From NCBI GenBank assembly GCA_902826025.1, contig CADEDH010000003.1:21743-85742 (forward strand): a stretch of DNA of 64,000 bases. Reading direction: 5' to 3'. Position numbers and translations under genes: made by a program. Shown in pieces: positions 46,702 through 55,630 of this stretch; the stretch's first letter is position 1, and every line of letters starts with the position of its first letter. The notes beneath the pieces are model-generated. The model saw only the letters and a program-made list of their open reading frames with translations. It searched no databases and was not told where the DNA came from. The stretch comes from an uncultured Actinomycetes bacterium (GTDB taxonomy: Bacteria; Actinomycetota; Acidimicrobiia; Acidimicrobiales; SZUA-35).

Positions 46702-46968
46702 TCAGCTCCCGATGCTGATGTCGGGCCCGTCCACCGACACGTCCGGCACCGACACGTCGGGGGCGGTGATGTCCGGAGCTGTGATGTCGGGGGCAGTGAT
46801 GTCGGGCGCCGTCACGTCAGGGGCGGTGACATCGACATCGGGAACCTCGATGGTGATCGTGGTGCCGTCACCGACACCGTCCCCGTCGTCGTCGCTCCCG
46901 CAAGCGCCCACCGCCAGGGTGAGAGCGGCGAAGGTCACGGGCACGGCAATACGGGGGGAGATGTTCAT
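46702..46968 (-). CDS. small lipoprotein with (A/V)PD(V/I)(T/S) pentapeptide tandem repeats
   Basis: 88 aa. It has the signal plus lipobox FAALTLAVGACGSDD, then VPDVDVTAPDVTAPDITAPDITAPDITAPDVSVPDVSVDGPDIS. Confidence 0.6.
   Translation of the reverse strand: MNISPRIAVPVTFAALTLAVGACGSDDDGDGVGDGTTITIEVPDVDVTAPDVTAPDITAPDITAPDITAPDVSVPDVSVDGPDISIGS
46736..46840. repeat. about 7 tandem copies of a degenerate 15-bp unit (GTGATGTCGGGGGCn) inside the lipoprotein gene
   Basis: Read directly in the sequence: gacacgtccggcacc / gacacgtcgggggcg / gtgatgtccggagct / gtgatgtcgggggca / gtgatgtcgggcgcc / gtcacgtcaggggcg / gtgacatcgacatcg. Confidence 0.8.
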
Positions 46969-46975
46969 GGCCGAT

Positions 46976-47389
46976 CTACTCCCCCTCCTGGACGGTCGTC
47001 AAACGCTCCCCCGGCACTGCCGGGTTGAAATAGGCCCAGGATCGCTGGATGGAGGGGCCGTCGAACTCGAGCATCGTGACGCCGTCGTAGCTGACGCCTT
47101 CGCCGGCGGGTGACTCCGTCTGCCATTCGAGGGCGGCCCGGTCGCCCTCCACCACGATCGAGCGGAATCGGGAGTGGGCAGCACCGACGCTGGCCCGGTA
47201 CGAGGTCCAGAACGCCCGGGCCGCCTCGGGGCCGCGGGCCGGTGGGGCCGACTGAACGCTGCCCACCTCGGCGTCATCGCCATAGAGCTGGCACAGGGGG
47301 TCCACCTCGCCGTCGCGTTCCAGGCTGGACAGCGCGTCGACGAAGGCGGCGACGCGAGGATCGGCGGCGGTGACGTCCTCAGCCGCCAC
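46976..47389 (-). CDS. SnoaL/NTF2-like fold protein
   Basis: The protein-like part starts at GTG (VAAEDVTAADPRVAAFVDALSSLERDGEVDPLCQLYGDDAEV...GVTMLEFDGPSIQRSWAYFN). The upstream part of the track ORF is Pro/Arg junk. Confidence 0.55.
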   Translation of the reverse strand: MAAEDVTAADPRVAAFVDALSSLERDGEVDPLCQLYGDDAEVGSVQSAPPARGPEAARAFWTSYRASVGAAHSRFRSIVVEGDRAALEWQTESPAGEGVSYDGVTMLEFDGPSIQRSWAYFNPAVPGERLTTVQEGE

Positions 47390-47648
47390 TGCTGGCACCG
47401 GTCCCGACCGAAGTCGGCGTGGTGGAGCCGCCGATGATGGAGGTAGCGGTGGTCGACCCCACGGTGGACGAACCCTCACCCGAGCCGGCATTGCCGCCGG
47501 CGGCGGTAGTGGTGGTGGTGGTGGCAAGCGAGGTGACCGTCTCCACGCTGCTCGGCGACGGGTCCTCGGCATCGTCGCTGCCGCAGGCGGCCAGCAGCAC
47601 CGCGGCGACCAGCACGGCCGGGCCCGCAGTCCGTGACGAAAGCTTCAT
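47379..47648 (-). CDS. small Ser/Thr/Gly-rich lipoprotein
   Basis: Starts at the internal ATG (MKLSSRTAGPAVLVAAVLLAACGSDD...), which carries a lipobox. It has a low-complexity T/S/G tail. It overlaps the next gene's start by 11 nt. Confidence 0.5.
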   Translation of the reverse strand: MKLSSRTAGPAVLVAAVLLAACGSDDAEDPSPSSVETVTSLATTTTTTAAGGNAGSGEGSSTVGSTTATSIIGGSTTPTSVGTGASSGG

Positions 47649-47753
47649 GGGTGTCGTTCCTCTCGTTGGTGCGTCCCCGCCCTCCCCCGCTTCCCGTCGG
47701 CCCCGACGTTCCAAACGACCGAGATCGGCGGCGTCAGCGGCTACGGTCGGCCC

Positions 47754-49046
47754 GTGGTTCCCGCCGCTGTCGACACTGCCGTGCCCGTTGCCTCGACCCG
47801 TCCGGGCCCGGCCCCGCCCACCACGGGGCTGAGCGGGCTCGACGTGGCCGTGCTGAGCTGCGTGGTGCTGCTGGCCTGGCTGGTGGCGGCCCGGGTGAAC
47901 CTGTATCCCCACGTCCGCTACAGCGACATCCCGGTGTACGAGCAGGTGACCCAGCGGATGTCGGAGGGGGCCGTCCCCTACCGGGACTTCGACGTGGAGT
48001 ACCCGCCGGCGGCGGTAGCGGTGATCTGGTTGGCCGACCGGTTGCCGGGGTCGTTGGCCGGCGGGTTCTCCCTGATGATGCTGGCCTCGTCGTGGCTGGC
48101 GGTGGTGGGCGGGGCGGCAGCGGCGGCGGCCCTCGGCCTCGGGCGGCGCCGGCTGGTGGTGGGCGCCGTGCTCGCCCTGTTGCCGGTGTTGCTGGGAGAT
48201 CTCGTGCAGAGCCGGTTGGACCTGGCCGTGACGGCCTGTCTGGCCTGGCTGCTGTGGGCGGTGGCCTCCGGACGGTGGGGCCTGGCCTGGGCCCTGCTGG
48301 CCGGGGCGGCGGCGCTCAAGCTCGTCCCGTTCGTGCTGGTGCCGCTCCTGGTCCTGGCCCATCGCCGCCACGGGGGCTCCCGAGCCGCCGGCCGGGCCGC
48401 CGGCTGGGCCGTGGCCGGTGCCGCCGCCACGTTCGCCCCGTTCGCCGTCCTGGCCCCGGCCGGGGTGTGGCGGATCTTCAGCTACCACCTGCGGCGGCCG
48501 CTCCAGCTGGAGTCGGTGGGGGCGAACGCCCTCCTCGTCACCCGCTGGTTCACCGGCCAGTCGCTGCGGGTGGAGACGTCGTTCGGGAGCCAGAACCTGA
48601 TCGGCCCGGGGGCGAAGGCGGTGACGATGTGCTCGTCGGCCTTGGCTGTGGCCGCCATCGGGGCCGTGCTGATCCGCTGCCATCGTGCGTCGGCGTCTAT
48701 GTCAGCGTCGCCGGCTGGCAGCGGTTCGGACGCGGTCGAGATCTTCGTGGCCGCCAGCGCCGCCGTGTTGTCGCTGGCGTTGGTGTTCGGCAAGGTGCTG
48801 TCGCCCCAGTACCTGCTGTGGGTCGCCCCGACCGCACTGGTCCTCGGCGGCCGACGGGGCCAGGTGGCATGTGCCCTCATGGTGGCCGCCCTGATCGCCA
48901 CCCAGCTCTACTTCCCGGCCCGGTATCCCGGTCTCCGGGAGCTCGAGGCCGGTGCTGTCGTGCTGCTCACGCTGCGCAACGGGCTCCTGGTCGCTCTGGC
49001 CGCCTGCACCTGGGGGGCGCTCCGCTCCCCAGCTGCGGACCGTTAG
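47754..49046 (+). CDS. polytopic membrane glycosyltransferase (GT87/DUF2029-like)
   Basis: 430 aa with about 10 TM helices. The early loop is DIPVYEQVTQRMSEGAVPYRDFDVEYPPAAVAV, typical of DUF2029 polyprenyl-phosphate-sugar-dependent transferases. Confidence 0.65.
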   Translation: MVPAAVDTAVPVASTRPGPAPPTTGLSGLDVAVLSCVVLLAWLVAARVNLYPHVRYSDIPVYEQVTQRMSEGAVPYRDFDVEYPPAAVAVIWLADRLPGSLAGGFSLMMLASSWLAVVGGAAAAAALGLGRRRLVVGAVLALLPVLLGDLVQSRLDLAVTACLAWLLWAVASGRWGLAWALLAGAAALKLVPFVLVPLLVLAHRRHGGSRAAGRAAGWAVAGAAATFAPFAVLAPAGVWRIFSYHLRRPLQLESVGANALLVTRWFTGQSLRVETSFGSQNLIGPGAKAVTMCSSALAVAAIGAVLIRCHRASASMSASPAGSGSDAVEIFVAASAAVLSLALVFGKVLSPQYLLWVAPTALVLGGRRGQVACALMVAALIATQLYFPARYPGLRELEAGAVVLLTLRNGLLVALAACTWGALRSPAADR

Positions 49047-49097
49047 GTGTTCGCAGGCGCAGTACTCTGCACCGGGGTGGAAAGGAACGGGACGGGT

Positions 49098-49979
49098 ATG
49101 GAGACGGTGGAGCTGCGGGGGGAGTCGGGGCTTCGCCTGGCGGCCGACGCCTACGGGCCGGCCGATGGGCCACCGGCGCTATTCCTGCACGGGCTGGGCC
49201 AGAGCCGCCAGTCGTGGGGTATGGCGGCGTCGCGGCTGGGTGAACAGGGGTGGCGGGCCTACGCCGTAGACCTGCGGGGCCACGGCGACAGCGACCGGCC
49301 GGTGGAGTCGGCCTACCAGCACAGCGACGTGGGGCTCGACGTCCTGGCCCTGTGCGCCGATCTCGACGAGCCGCCGCTGGTGGTGGGGGCGTCGATGGGC
49401 GGGGCCGGTTCGCTGTTCGCCCAGGGCGTGGCCGACACCCAGCTCTTCCGGGGCCTCGTGCTGGTCGACATCACGCCCGACGTCGACATGGAGGGCGGCC
49501 GCCGGATCATCGCCTTCATGTCGGCCCATCCCGACGGCTATCCCGATCTGGAGACGGCGGCCGAGGCGATCGGCGCCTACCGGGGCGGACGGGGCAAGCC
49601 CTCGCCGGCGGGCCTCACCCGGGTGCTGCGCCAGGGCGAGGACGGCCGCTGGCGGTGGCACTGGGATCCCCGGATCCTCGACGTCCGCAAGATCTGGCTC
49701 GACGATCCGGCCCTGGCCGACGACTACGCCGCCGGGATGCGGGAGGGCATGACCCGGGGGGCCGATCGCCTGGAGGCGCCGGTGATGCTGGTGCGGGGCG
49801 GCAGCAGCGACGTGGTGACGGTGGAGGCGGCCCAGGCGCTGCTGCGCATGATCCCCCACGCCCGCTACGTCGACGTGGCCGATGCCACCCACATGGTGGC
49901 CGGCGACCGCAACGACGCCTTCGCGGCCGCTGTGCTGGAGTTCGCCCAGCCCTTGTTGCGGGCGGCCCGGGCCGGCTGA
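49098..49979 (+). CDS. alpha/beta hydrolase
   Basis: The internal ATG (METVELRGESGLRLAADAYGP...) follows a GGAAAGGA RBS. It has HG (FLHGLGQ), the nucleophile elbow GASMGG and a C-terminal DATHMVAGD. Confidence 0.8.
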   Translation: METVELRGESGLRLAADAYGPADGPPALFLHGLGQSRQSWGMAASRLGEQGWRAYAVDLRGHGDSDRPVESAYQHSDVGLDVLALCADLDEPPLVVGASMGGAGSLFAQGVADTQLFRGLVLVDITPDVDMEGGRRIIAFMSAHPDGYPDLETAAEAIGAYRGGRGKPSPAGLTRVLRQGEDGRWRWHWDPRILDVRKIWLDDPALADDYAAGMREGMTRGADRLEAPVMLVRGGSSDVVTVEAAQALLRMIPHARYVDVADATHMVAGDRNDAFAAAVLEFAQPLLRAARAG

Positions 49980-50008
49980 CCAGCCGATCGGGTCGGCCTC
50001 GGCGGCGC

Positions 50009-50818
50009 TCAGCGCTGCCAGTCGGGTTGGCGTTTGGCCAGGAACGCGGCCACGCCCTCGGCGAAGTTGGCGGTGCCGGCCAGCCGGACGGCCTCCTCGG
50101 CCTCGATCCGCAGACCGTCGTCGAACGTCTGCCCGCCACCGTCGGTGATCGTGCGGCGGATGGCGGCCAGGGCCTCCGGCGGCTTGGCCGCCAGCACCTC
50201 GCCGTAGGCCTGCACCGTGGCCCGCAGGGCGTCGGGCTCGGTCAGCTCGTCGACCAGGCCCAGGGCCAGGGCAGCCTCGGCATTGACCAGCTCGCCGCCG
50301 TAGAGGAGGCGGAGGGCGGCCGGGCGGCCGATGAGGCGGACCAGGGCCTGGGTGGCCCCGACCGGGGGGATGAAGTTGATGTTGACCTCGGGCTGGCCGA
50401 GGCGGGCGGTGCTGGCGGCGAAGCGGACATCGCAGTGCAGGGTCATCTCCAGGCCGCCGCCCACGGCCACCCCGTCGATGGCGGCCAGCATCGGCTTGGC
50501 CGAGCCCCGGAAGCGGTGGACGAGCCCGTGCACCAGCTCACACCATTCGGCCATGCCGGCCTGGTCGATGCCGGCGAACGTCTCCAGGTCGGCACCGGCG
50601 CTGAAGTAGCGGGGGTTGGCGCTGCCCAGCACGACGACCCGCACGTCGCCGTCGTCGGCCAGGGTGTCGAGCGCCTCGGCCACCTGGCGCACCATGGTCC
50701 AGTCGAAGGCGTTCACCGGTGGGCGGTCGAACAGGAGCCAACCGACGTGGGCCACCGTCTCGATCCGGATGTGCCGGTCGCCCGGTGTCGTCGCCGCCGT
50801 TGTCCCGCTCTCGGCCAT
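50009..50818 (-). CDS. enoyl-CoA hydratase/isomerase (crotonase) family protein
   Basis: Starts at the internal ATG (MAESGTTAATTPGDRHIRIETVAHVGWLLFDRPPVNAFD). It has the oxyanion-hole motifs YFSAGADL and AIDGVAVGGGLEMTLHCD. Confidence 0.85.
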   Translation of the reverse strand: MAESGTTAATTPGDRHIRIETVAHVGWLLFDRPPVNAFDWTMVRQVAEALDTLADDGDVRVVVLGSANPRYFSAGADLETFAGIDQAGMAEWCELVHGLVHRFRGSAKPMLAAIDGVAVGGGLEMTLHCDVRFAASTARLGQPEVNINFIPPVGATQALVRLIGRPAALRLLYGGELVNAEAALALGLVDELTEPDALRATVQAYGEVLAAKPPEALAAIRRTITDGGGQTFDDGLRIEAEEAVRLAGTANFAEGVAAFLAKRQPDWQR

Positions 50819-50897
50819 TCGCTGATGGTAGCCAGCGGGCGATGCAGCAGGAGCCGAGGCAGGTGAGAGCAGACGTCGGGTTGGGTACGGTTCGCCC

Positions 50898-51179
50898 ATG
50901 ACGTCACGATTGAGTGGGGACGAGGCACACGAGCGGCTGGCCGGCGTGCCCGGGTGGGAGCTCGAAGGAGAGGCGCTGGTGCGCACGTTCACCTTCGACG
51001 ATTTCGCCCGGGCGTTCGGATTCATGGCGTCGGCGGCCGTGGTGGCGGAGAAGATGAACCACCATCCCGAGTGGTCGAACGTCTACAACCGGGTGACGGT
51101 GCGACTGTCCACCCACGACGTCGGCGGCCTGAGCGAGCTCGACTTCCAACTGGCGGCCCGGATGTCGGATCTGGCCTGA
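50898..51179 (+). CDS. 4a-hydroxytetrahydrobiopterin (pterin-4a-carbinolamine) dehydratase
   Basis: 93 aa. [25 protein letters not shown]...[24 protein letters not shown] is the classical PCD/DCoH pattern. Confidence 0.85.
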   Translation: MTSRLSGDEAHERLAGVPGWELEGEALVRTFTFDDFARAFGFMASAAVVAEKMNHHPEWSNVYNRVTVRLSTHDVGGLSELDFQLAARMSDLA

Positions 51180-51272
51180 GGAGAACCGGGCGCGAACCGG
51201 AGCGACGGTTGGTGCGTAGAGGTGGGCACGTGGCGAGTCGCCACGGCTCACCCACCACACCGAGGAACTCCG

Positions 51273-51890
51273 ATGAAACGCCACACCCCCGTCCTGATTG
51301 CTGCTGGTTTCGCCAGCGCCGCTCTTGGCGCCGCCGCCCTCGCCGGGCCGGTGGCCGCCTCGACCGGCGACACCACCGCTGCCCTGGGGTCGATCAGCTA
51401 CCCGTGGGACCGCCACCACCACGACCTGGACTTCGACCTCACCCCGACGAACGCTGCGGTCGCCGCCTGTCTGCCCAACGCCCGGGCTCGGGTCACGGTT
51501 GACCTGACCACCGACAAGGTCGGGTTCGACACCTTCGCCATCGACGCCAGCGGCCTCGTCCCCAATCAGGACTACACGGTCTTCCTGCTGGAGGAACCGG
51601 GTAACCCGTTCGGCGCCGCCGAGTACATCGGCGACTTCGCGACCAACGGCAAGGGCAAGGGCAAGGGCCAGTTCCGCCTCATCGTGGAGGAGGCGTTCGC
51701 CTCGACGCTGGTCGACGGGAACCGGGTTCGGGCCGAGCTCGATCACGTCGGGTTCTGGTTCGCCGATCCCGCCGGCGACGACAAGTGCTTCGCCGACGGC
51801 GGCCCCATCACCCCCTTCGACGGTGACGACGAAGCCGGGACGCAGGTGATGAACTCGGCCAACATCCTGCCCGCCGCTCCCCTGCCTTGA
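51273..51890 (+). CDS. secreted hypothetical protein
   Basis: The internal ATG follows a GAGGAA RBS. It has the signal peptide MKRHTPVLIAAGFASAALGAAALAGPVAAS. I recognise no family. It contains a KGKGKG patch. Confidence 0.55.
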   Translation: MKRHTPVLIAAGFASAALGAAALAGPVAASTGDTTAALGSISYPWDRHHHDLDFDLTPTNAAVAACLPNARARVTVDLTTDKVGFDTFAIDASGLVPNQDYTVFLLEEPGNPFGAAEYIGDFATNGKGKGKGQFRLIVEEAFASTLVDGNRVRAELDHVGFWFADPAGDDKCFADGGPITPFDGDDEAGTQVMNSANILPAAPLP

Positions 51891-51920
51891 TGCCGGCGAG
51901 TACCTATCCGACCACCGCCA

Positions 51921-51959
51921 TCCCCCAACTCCAACCCCCAACCCCCAACCCCCAACCCC
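51921..51959. repeat. C-tract microsatellite (AACCCCC)n; G5T2 tracts on the minus strand
   Basis: Read directly: tcccccaactccaacccccaacccccaacccccaacccc. There are five C4-5 tracts within 39 nt, in the gap between convergent genes. Confidence 0.85.
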
Positions 51960-52007
51960 ACGAGCCGAGACCGGTCCAGCGACGCCGGTCTCGGCTCGTG
52001 TGGTTTT
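51959..52007. terminator. perfect 16-bp-stem hairpin (bidirectional terminator candidate)
   Basis: CACGAGCCGAGACCGG-tccagcgacg-CCGGTCTCGGCTCGTG, followed by TGGTTTT on the plus strand. It lies between the stops of convergent genes (51890 and 52018). Confidence 0.8.
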
Positions 52008-52017
52008 CCATCAACCG

Positions 52018-52557
52018 TCAGTGTGTGTGACCTTCGGTGTCGGGGCACAGGACGGTGGGATTCCAGTCGGCGTGGGCGCCGGTGGGATTGTCCCTCCAGG
52101 CCCAGGCGTGAAGCTCGTAGTACGCCGGGATGCCATAGCGATTGGGCTCGGCGATCAGGTGGAAGGTCTCGCCGAACAGCTGCGGCGGCTCGGTGTGCTC
52201 GGCGTCCCACGCCGCCTGGAAGACCACGTATTCGGCCCCGATGAGCTTCCACGATCCATCAGGCTCGGCGTCGTACATCAGCGCCTCCGGGGTCGTGGCC
52301 TCGATCCGGCCGTCGCCTGTCAGCTCGGCGTTCACGAAGTGGGTACCCATCGAGCCGGCCAGCGGTTCATGGACGCAACCGAAGAACTGCACGTAGCCGT
52401 CGGCGATTGCTTTGTCGATGTCGCGATAGGGCCGGGTGGCAGCCCGGACTTCCTGCATGGGGTTGCGCGCATCGTCCCGGGCGAACGAGGCCGGCACGGC
52501 GATGCCCAGACCGGCGAACGCCAGCGCCCCGGTGGCCACCAGCTTGCGGTATCTCAC
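52018..52557 (-). CDS. secreted hypothetical protein
   Basis: 179 aa. It has the signal peptide MRYRKLVATGALAFAGLGIAVPASFA, globular composition and a His/Cys-containing C-terminus (CPDTEGHTH). There is a 4-nt overlap with the upstream gene. Confidence 0.6.
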   Translation of the reverse strand: MRYRKLVATGALAFAGLGIAVPASFARDDARNPMQEVRAATRPYRDIDKAIADGYVQFFGCVHEPLAGSMGTHFVNAELTGDGRIEATTPEALMYDAEPDGSWKLIGAEYVVFQAAWDAEHTEPPQLFGETFHLIAEPNRYGIPAYYELHAWAWRDNPTGAHADWNPTVLCPDTEGHTH

Positions 52558-52838
52558 GACGAACCCCCGCCGTAGGAATAGGGATCGAGCACACGTACCT
52601 GCACGATCTCATCGACTGGCAGTCCGTTGTGACCGGCGGCCGCCCGGATCGCCTCGGGGTTGGGGCCGTCGTAGATGCACCATGTGGTCTTGTCGTCATC
52701 GTCGACGTAGGAATGGACCCAGGTGATGTCCTCCCTCGTGTTGGCTGCGACCACATCGGCGGCCGCCACCGCCCCTGCCTTGCCCCCGGGGAAGCGGAGG
52801 CCTTCGGGGAAGGTCCGTCGTACGAGGTACCGCGGCAT
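52554..52838 (-). CDS. DUF4242-like small protein
   Basis: The internal ATG follows a GAGGAG RBS. The sequence MPRYLVRRTFPEGL...ITWVHSYVDDDDKTTWCIYDGPNPEAIRAAA matches the DUF4242 pattern from memory. Confidence 0.6.
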   Translation of the reverse strand: MPRYLVRRTFPEGLRFPGGKAGAVAAADVVAANTREDITWVHSYVDDDDKTTWCIYDGPNPEAIRAAAGHNGLPVDEIVQVRVLDPYSYGGGSS

Positions 52839-53026
52839 GGTTGCTCCTCTCGGTCGGTGCGTGTGCACCGTCTGTGTTCGTGGTGACCGTACGGCGCCTC
52901 GACAGCAGGGATCATCGGGAGGGCTCCCCATCTTGACCATCCGACCACCCCATGTTGGGAGGGGGCCCACCGTCCGGCCGGGAAAGCCGAGCGGCTGTCG
53001 CCGGGACGGGCCTAGGCTGAGCACCG

Positions 53027-55630
53027 GTGTCGCTGCTGGAACGTGAATCGCTCCTCACCCGCCTGGCCGACCTCCACACCGCGGCCCGGGGTAGACGGCC
53101 GCACATCGTCGTCGTCAGCGGCGAAGCAGGGGCCGGCAAGACGGTGCTGATCGAAGCCTTCTGCGCCCAGTTGGAGCCTGGCCGAGTGGTCTGGGGCGCC
53201 TGCGACCCGGTGGTACCGGCTCATCCTTTCGGCCCGCTCGTCGACATCGCCCAGCAGGTGGGCGGCGAGTTCGCCGCCGTGTTCCGCCGCGGTGTTCCCC
53301 GGGAGGTCCACGAAGCGTTCCTCCACCTGCTGCGGGGGCACGACGGCCCCCAGGTGGTCGTTCTGGACGACATGCAGTGGGCCGACGACGCCACGCTCGA
53401 TCTCGTCCGCGTGGTCGGTCGGCGTCTGCGGAGCGTCGCCGGCCTGATCATCGTGATCGTTCGCCACGACGACCTCCACCCCGGGCATCCGGTGCGTCTG
53501 GCCCTGGGTGACCTGCCGGCCCCGTCGACCACGACCCTGACCGTGCCCGGCCTGTCTCTGCCGACAGTCGAGGCCCTCACGGCGGGCACGCCGATCGACG
53601 GCGCCGCCCTCCACGCCGCAACGGGCGGTAACCCGTTCTACGTCACCGAGGTCGTGGCCTCCGGCTGCGCCGACGTGCCGCTGACCGTGCGCGACGCCGT
53701 GCTGGCCCGGGCCAACCGGTTGCCGACCACCGCCCGGGCGGTGCTGCACGTCGTGGCGGTGGCCGGCAGTCGGTGCGAGCGATCCGTGCTGCGGACCATC
53801 TGCGGTCCCGACGCCGCCATCGACATCTGCCTCGACACCGGGATGCTCGTGCCCGTCGCTGGCTCGGCGGTCGGATTCCACCACGAGTTGGCCCGCCTCG
53901 CCATCCTCGACGGCCTGGCGAACCGAGACCGGGCCGAGTTGCATCAACGCCTCCTCCGCGTCCTGATCGAGTCGAGTTCCGACGCACCGGTCGACCTGGC
54001 CCGACTGGCCCATCACGCCGAGGCGGCCGGTGACGAGGCCGCCGTGCAGCGGTTCAGCCCGGCCGCCGCCCGCCAGGCGGCCGCGGGCGGTGCCCACCGG
54101 CAGGCCCGGGCCCACTACGCCACCGCCCTGGCCCGAGCCGCCGACATCGACCGGCCGACCCGGGGCCAACTGTTGGCCGCCCACGCCCACGAGGCGTACC
54201 TCGTGGGCGACCTCACCGCCGCCATCACCTCCCAGACCGAAGCCGTGGCGCTGTGGCACGATCTCGGCGACCGGACGGTCGAGGGCGACGCCGTGCAAGC
54301 CCTCGCCTATCTGACCTGGACCGGCGGCGACAGCGAACGGGCGGATGATCTCGCCGCCCACGCCGTGGCCCTGTTGGAGGCCGAGCCGACAAGTCCGGAG
54401 TTGGCCCGGGCCTATGCCACCCAGGCCCAGCTGCTGATGATCGGGGGTGTCCAGCAGGCGGCGGTCGCCATCGGCCACCGGGCCCTGGCACTGGCCGATG
54501 AACTCGGGGTGGAGTCGGTGATGATCCACGCCCTCAACACCATTGGAACGGCCCAGCTGTGCGGTGGCGACCATGCTGGCTGGGCCAAGCTGGAGGAGAG
54601 CCTCCAGCGAGCGCAGGCGGCCGATCTCGACGACGACATCGGTCGGGCTCTCGTCAACCTCGTGGGCGAAGCTCGCCACACCCGCCGCTACGACATCGCC
54701 GAGCGGTACCTGGCCGACGCGCTGCGCTTCACCACGGAGCGCCAACTCGACCTCAACCGCCAGCATCTCCTGGCCGACGTGGCCGAGATACAGCTGGAGC
54801 AGGGCCGCTGGGATGAGGCCGCCGACGCCGCCATCCAGGCCCTGGCCGTCAGCCAGCCGCACGACGGGATGCCGCCGCGGCTCCAGGCTCTTACCGTCCT
54901 CGGCCGGCTCCGGGCCCGGCGGGGAGACCCTGACACCTGGGCGGCGCTGGACACGGGCCTGGGCCTGGCCCTGGCCCAGGGTCAGCCGGGTACGGTCTGC
55001 CCCATCCGAGCGGCGAGGGCCGAGGCCGCCTGGCTGGCCGGCAACCACGAAACGGCGGCGATCGAAGCCGACGCCGGGATGGCAGCGGCCCTGGGCGACG
55101 AGAGCCCGTGGCTGCGCGGTGAGCTGGCGTTCTGGCGGTGGAAGGCGACCGGATCGACCGACCGCCCCGACGGCTGTGCGCCGCCCTTCACTCTGCACAT
55201 CGACGGCGATGTCGGTGCCGCCGCTGCGGCGTGGGCGGCCGCCGGCTGTCCCTATCGGCAGGCATTGGCCCTAGCCGACAGCGACGACGAGCCGCACCTG
55301 CGCCAGGCCCTCGAGCTGTTCCACTCGCTCGGTGCCCGCCCTGCCGCTCGAATTACGACCAGCCGGATGCAGGCCCGGGGCGCCCGGCGGATCCCCCGAG
55401 GACCCCGGCCGGGCACTGCGGCCAACCCGGCCCGGCTCACCACCCGCCAACTCGACGTCCTCGCCCTCCTGGCCCAGGGGGCGACCAACGCTCAGATCGC
55501 CGAGAGGCTCACCGTGTCTCCCAAGACCGTCGACCACCACGTGTCAGCCGTGCTGGCCAAGCTGGGGGTGGCCACCCGCCAACTCGCCGCCGCCGAAGCC
55601 CACCGGCTCGGGCTCATCGATCCCGGCTGA
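53027..55630 (+). CDS. large ATP-binding LuxR-family (LAL/MalT-like) transcriptional regulator
   Basis: 867 aa. It has an N-terminal P-loop (VVSGEAGAGKT), a Walker B-like VVVLDDMQWAD, a long helical/TPR-like middle and a C-terminal LuxR HTH (LTTRQLDVLALLAQGATNAQIAERLTVSPKTVDHHVSAVLAKLGV). The start codon is GTG. Confidence 0.9.
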   Translation: MSLLERESLLTRLADLHTAARGRRPHIVVVSGEAGAGKTVLIEAFCAQLEPGRVVWGACDPVVPAHPFGPLVDIAQQVGGEFAAVFRRGVPREVHEAFLHLLRGHDGPQVVVLDDMQWADDATLDLVRVVGRRLRSVAGLIIVIVRHDDLHPGHPVRLALGDLPAPSTTTLTVPGLSLPTVEALTAGTPIDGAALHAATGGNPFYVTEVVASGCADVPLTVRDAVLARANRLPTTARAVLHVVAVAGSRCERSVLRTICGPDAAIDICLDTGMLVPVAGSAVGFHHELARLAILDGLANRDRAELHQRLLRVLIESSSDAPVDLARLAHHAEAAGDEAAVQRFSPAAARQAAAGGAHRQARAHYATALARAADIDRPTRGQLLAAHAHEAYLVGDLTAAITSQTEAVALWHDLGDRTVEGDAVQALAYLTWTGGDSERADDLAAHAVALLEAEPTSPELARAYATQAQLLMIGGVQQAAVAIGHRALALADELGVESVMIHALNTIGTAQLCGGDHAGWAKLEESLQRAQAADLDDDIGRALVNLVGEARHTRRYDIAERYLADALRFTTERQLDLNRQHLLADVAEIQLEQGRWDEAADAAIQALAVSQPHDGMPPRLQALTVLGRLRARRGDPDTWAALDTGLGLALAQGQPGTVCPIRAARAEAAWLAGNHETAAIEADAGMAAALGDESPWLRGELAFWRWKATGSTDRPDGCAPPFTLHIDGDVGAAAAAWAAAGCPYRQALALADSDDEPHLRQALELFHSLGARPAARITTSRMQARGARRIPRGPRPGTAANPARLTTRQLDVLALLAQGATNAQIAERLTVSPKTVDHHVSAVLAKLGVATRQLAAAEAHRLGLIDPG

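Noticed and set aside
46736-46840. Possible CRISPR array or other non-coding repeat array
   Set aside because: The only tandem repeats are 15-bp in-frame coding repeats without spacers. No repeat-spacer architecture and no cas genes occur anywhere in the window.
49047-49097. Fusion or read-through between the GT87-like gene and the downstream alpha/beta hydrolase, because the track ORF starts immediately after the stop codon
   Set aside because: The first 17 codons of the track ORF are simply the in-frame spacer after a TAG stop. A proper ATG with a GGAAAGGA RBS lies at 49098.
51921-51959. Linear-replicon telomere or mobile-element end suggested by the T2G5 repeats
   Set aside because: It is a single short internal tract between two ordinary convergent genes, with an adjacent terminator hairpin. 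No terminal-protein or telomere-resolvase context is present.
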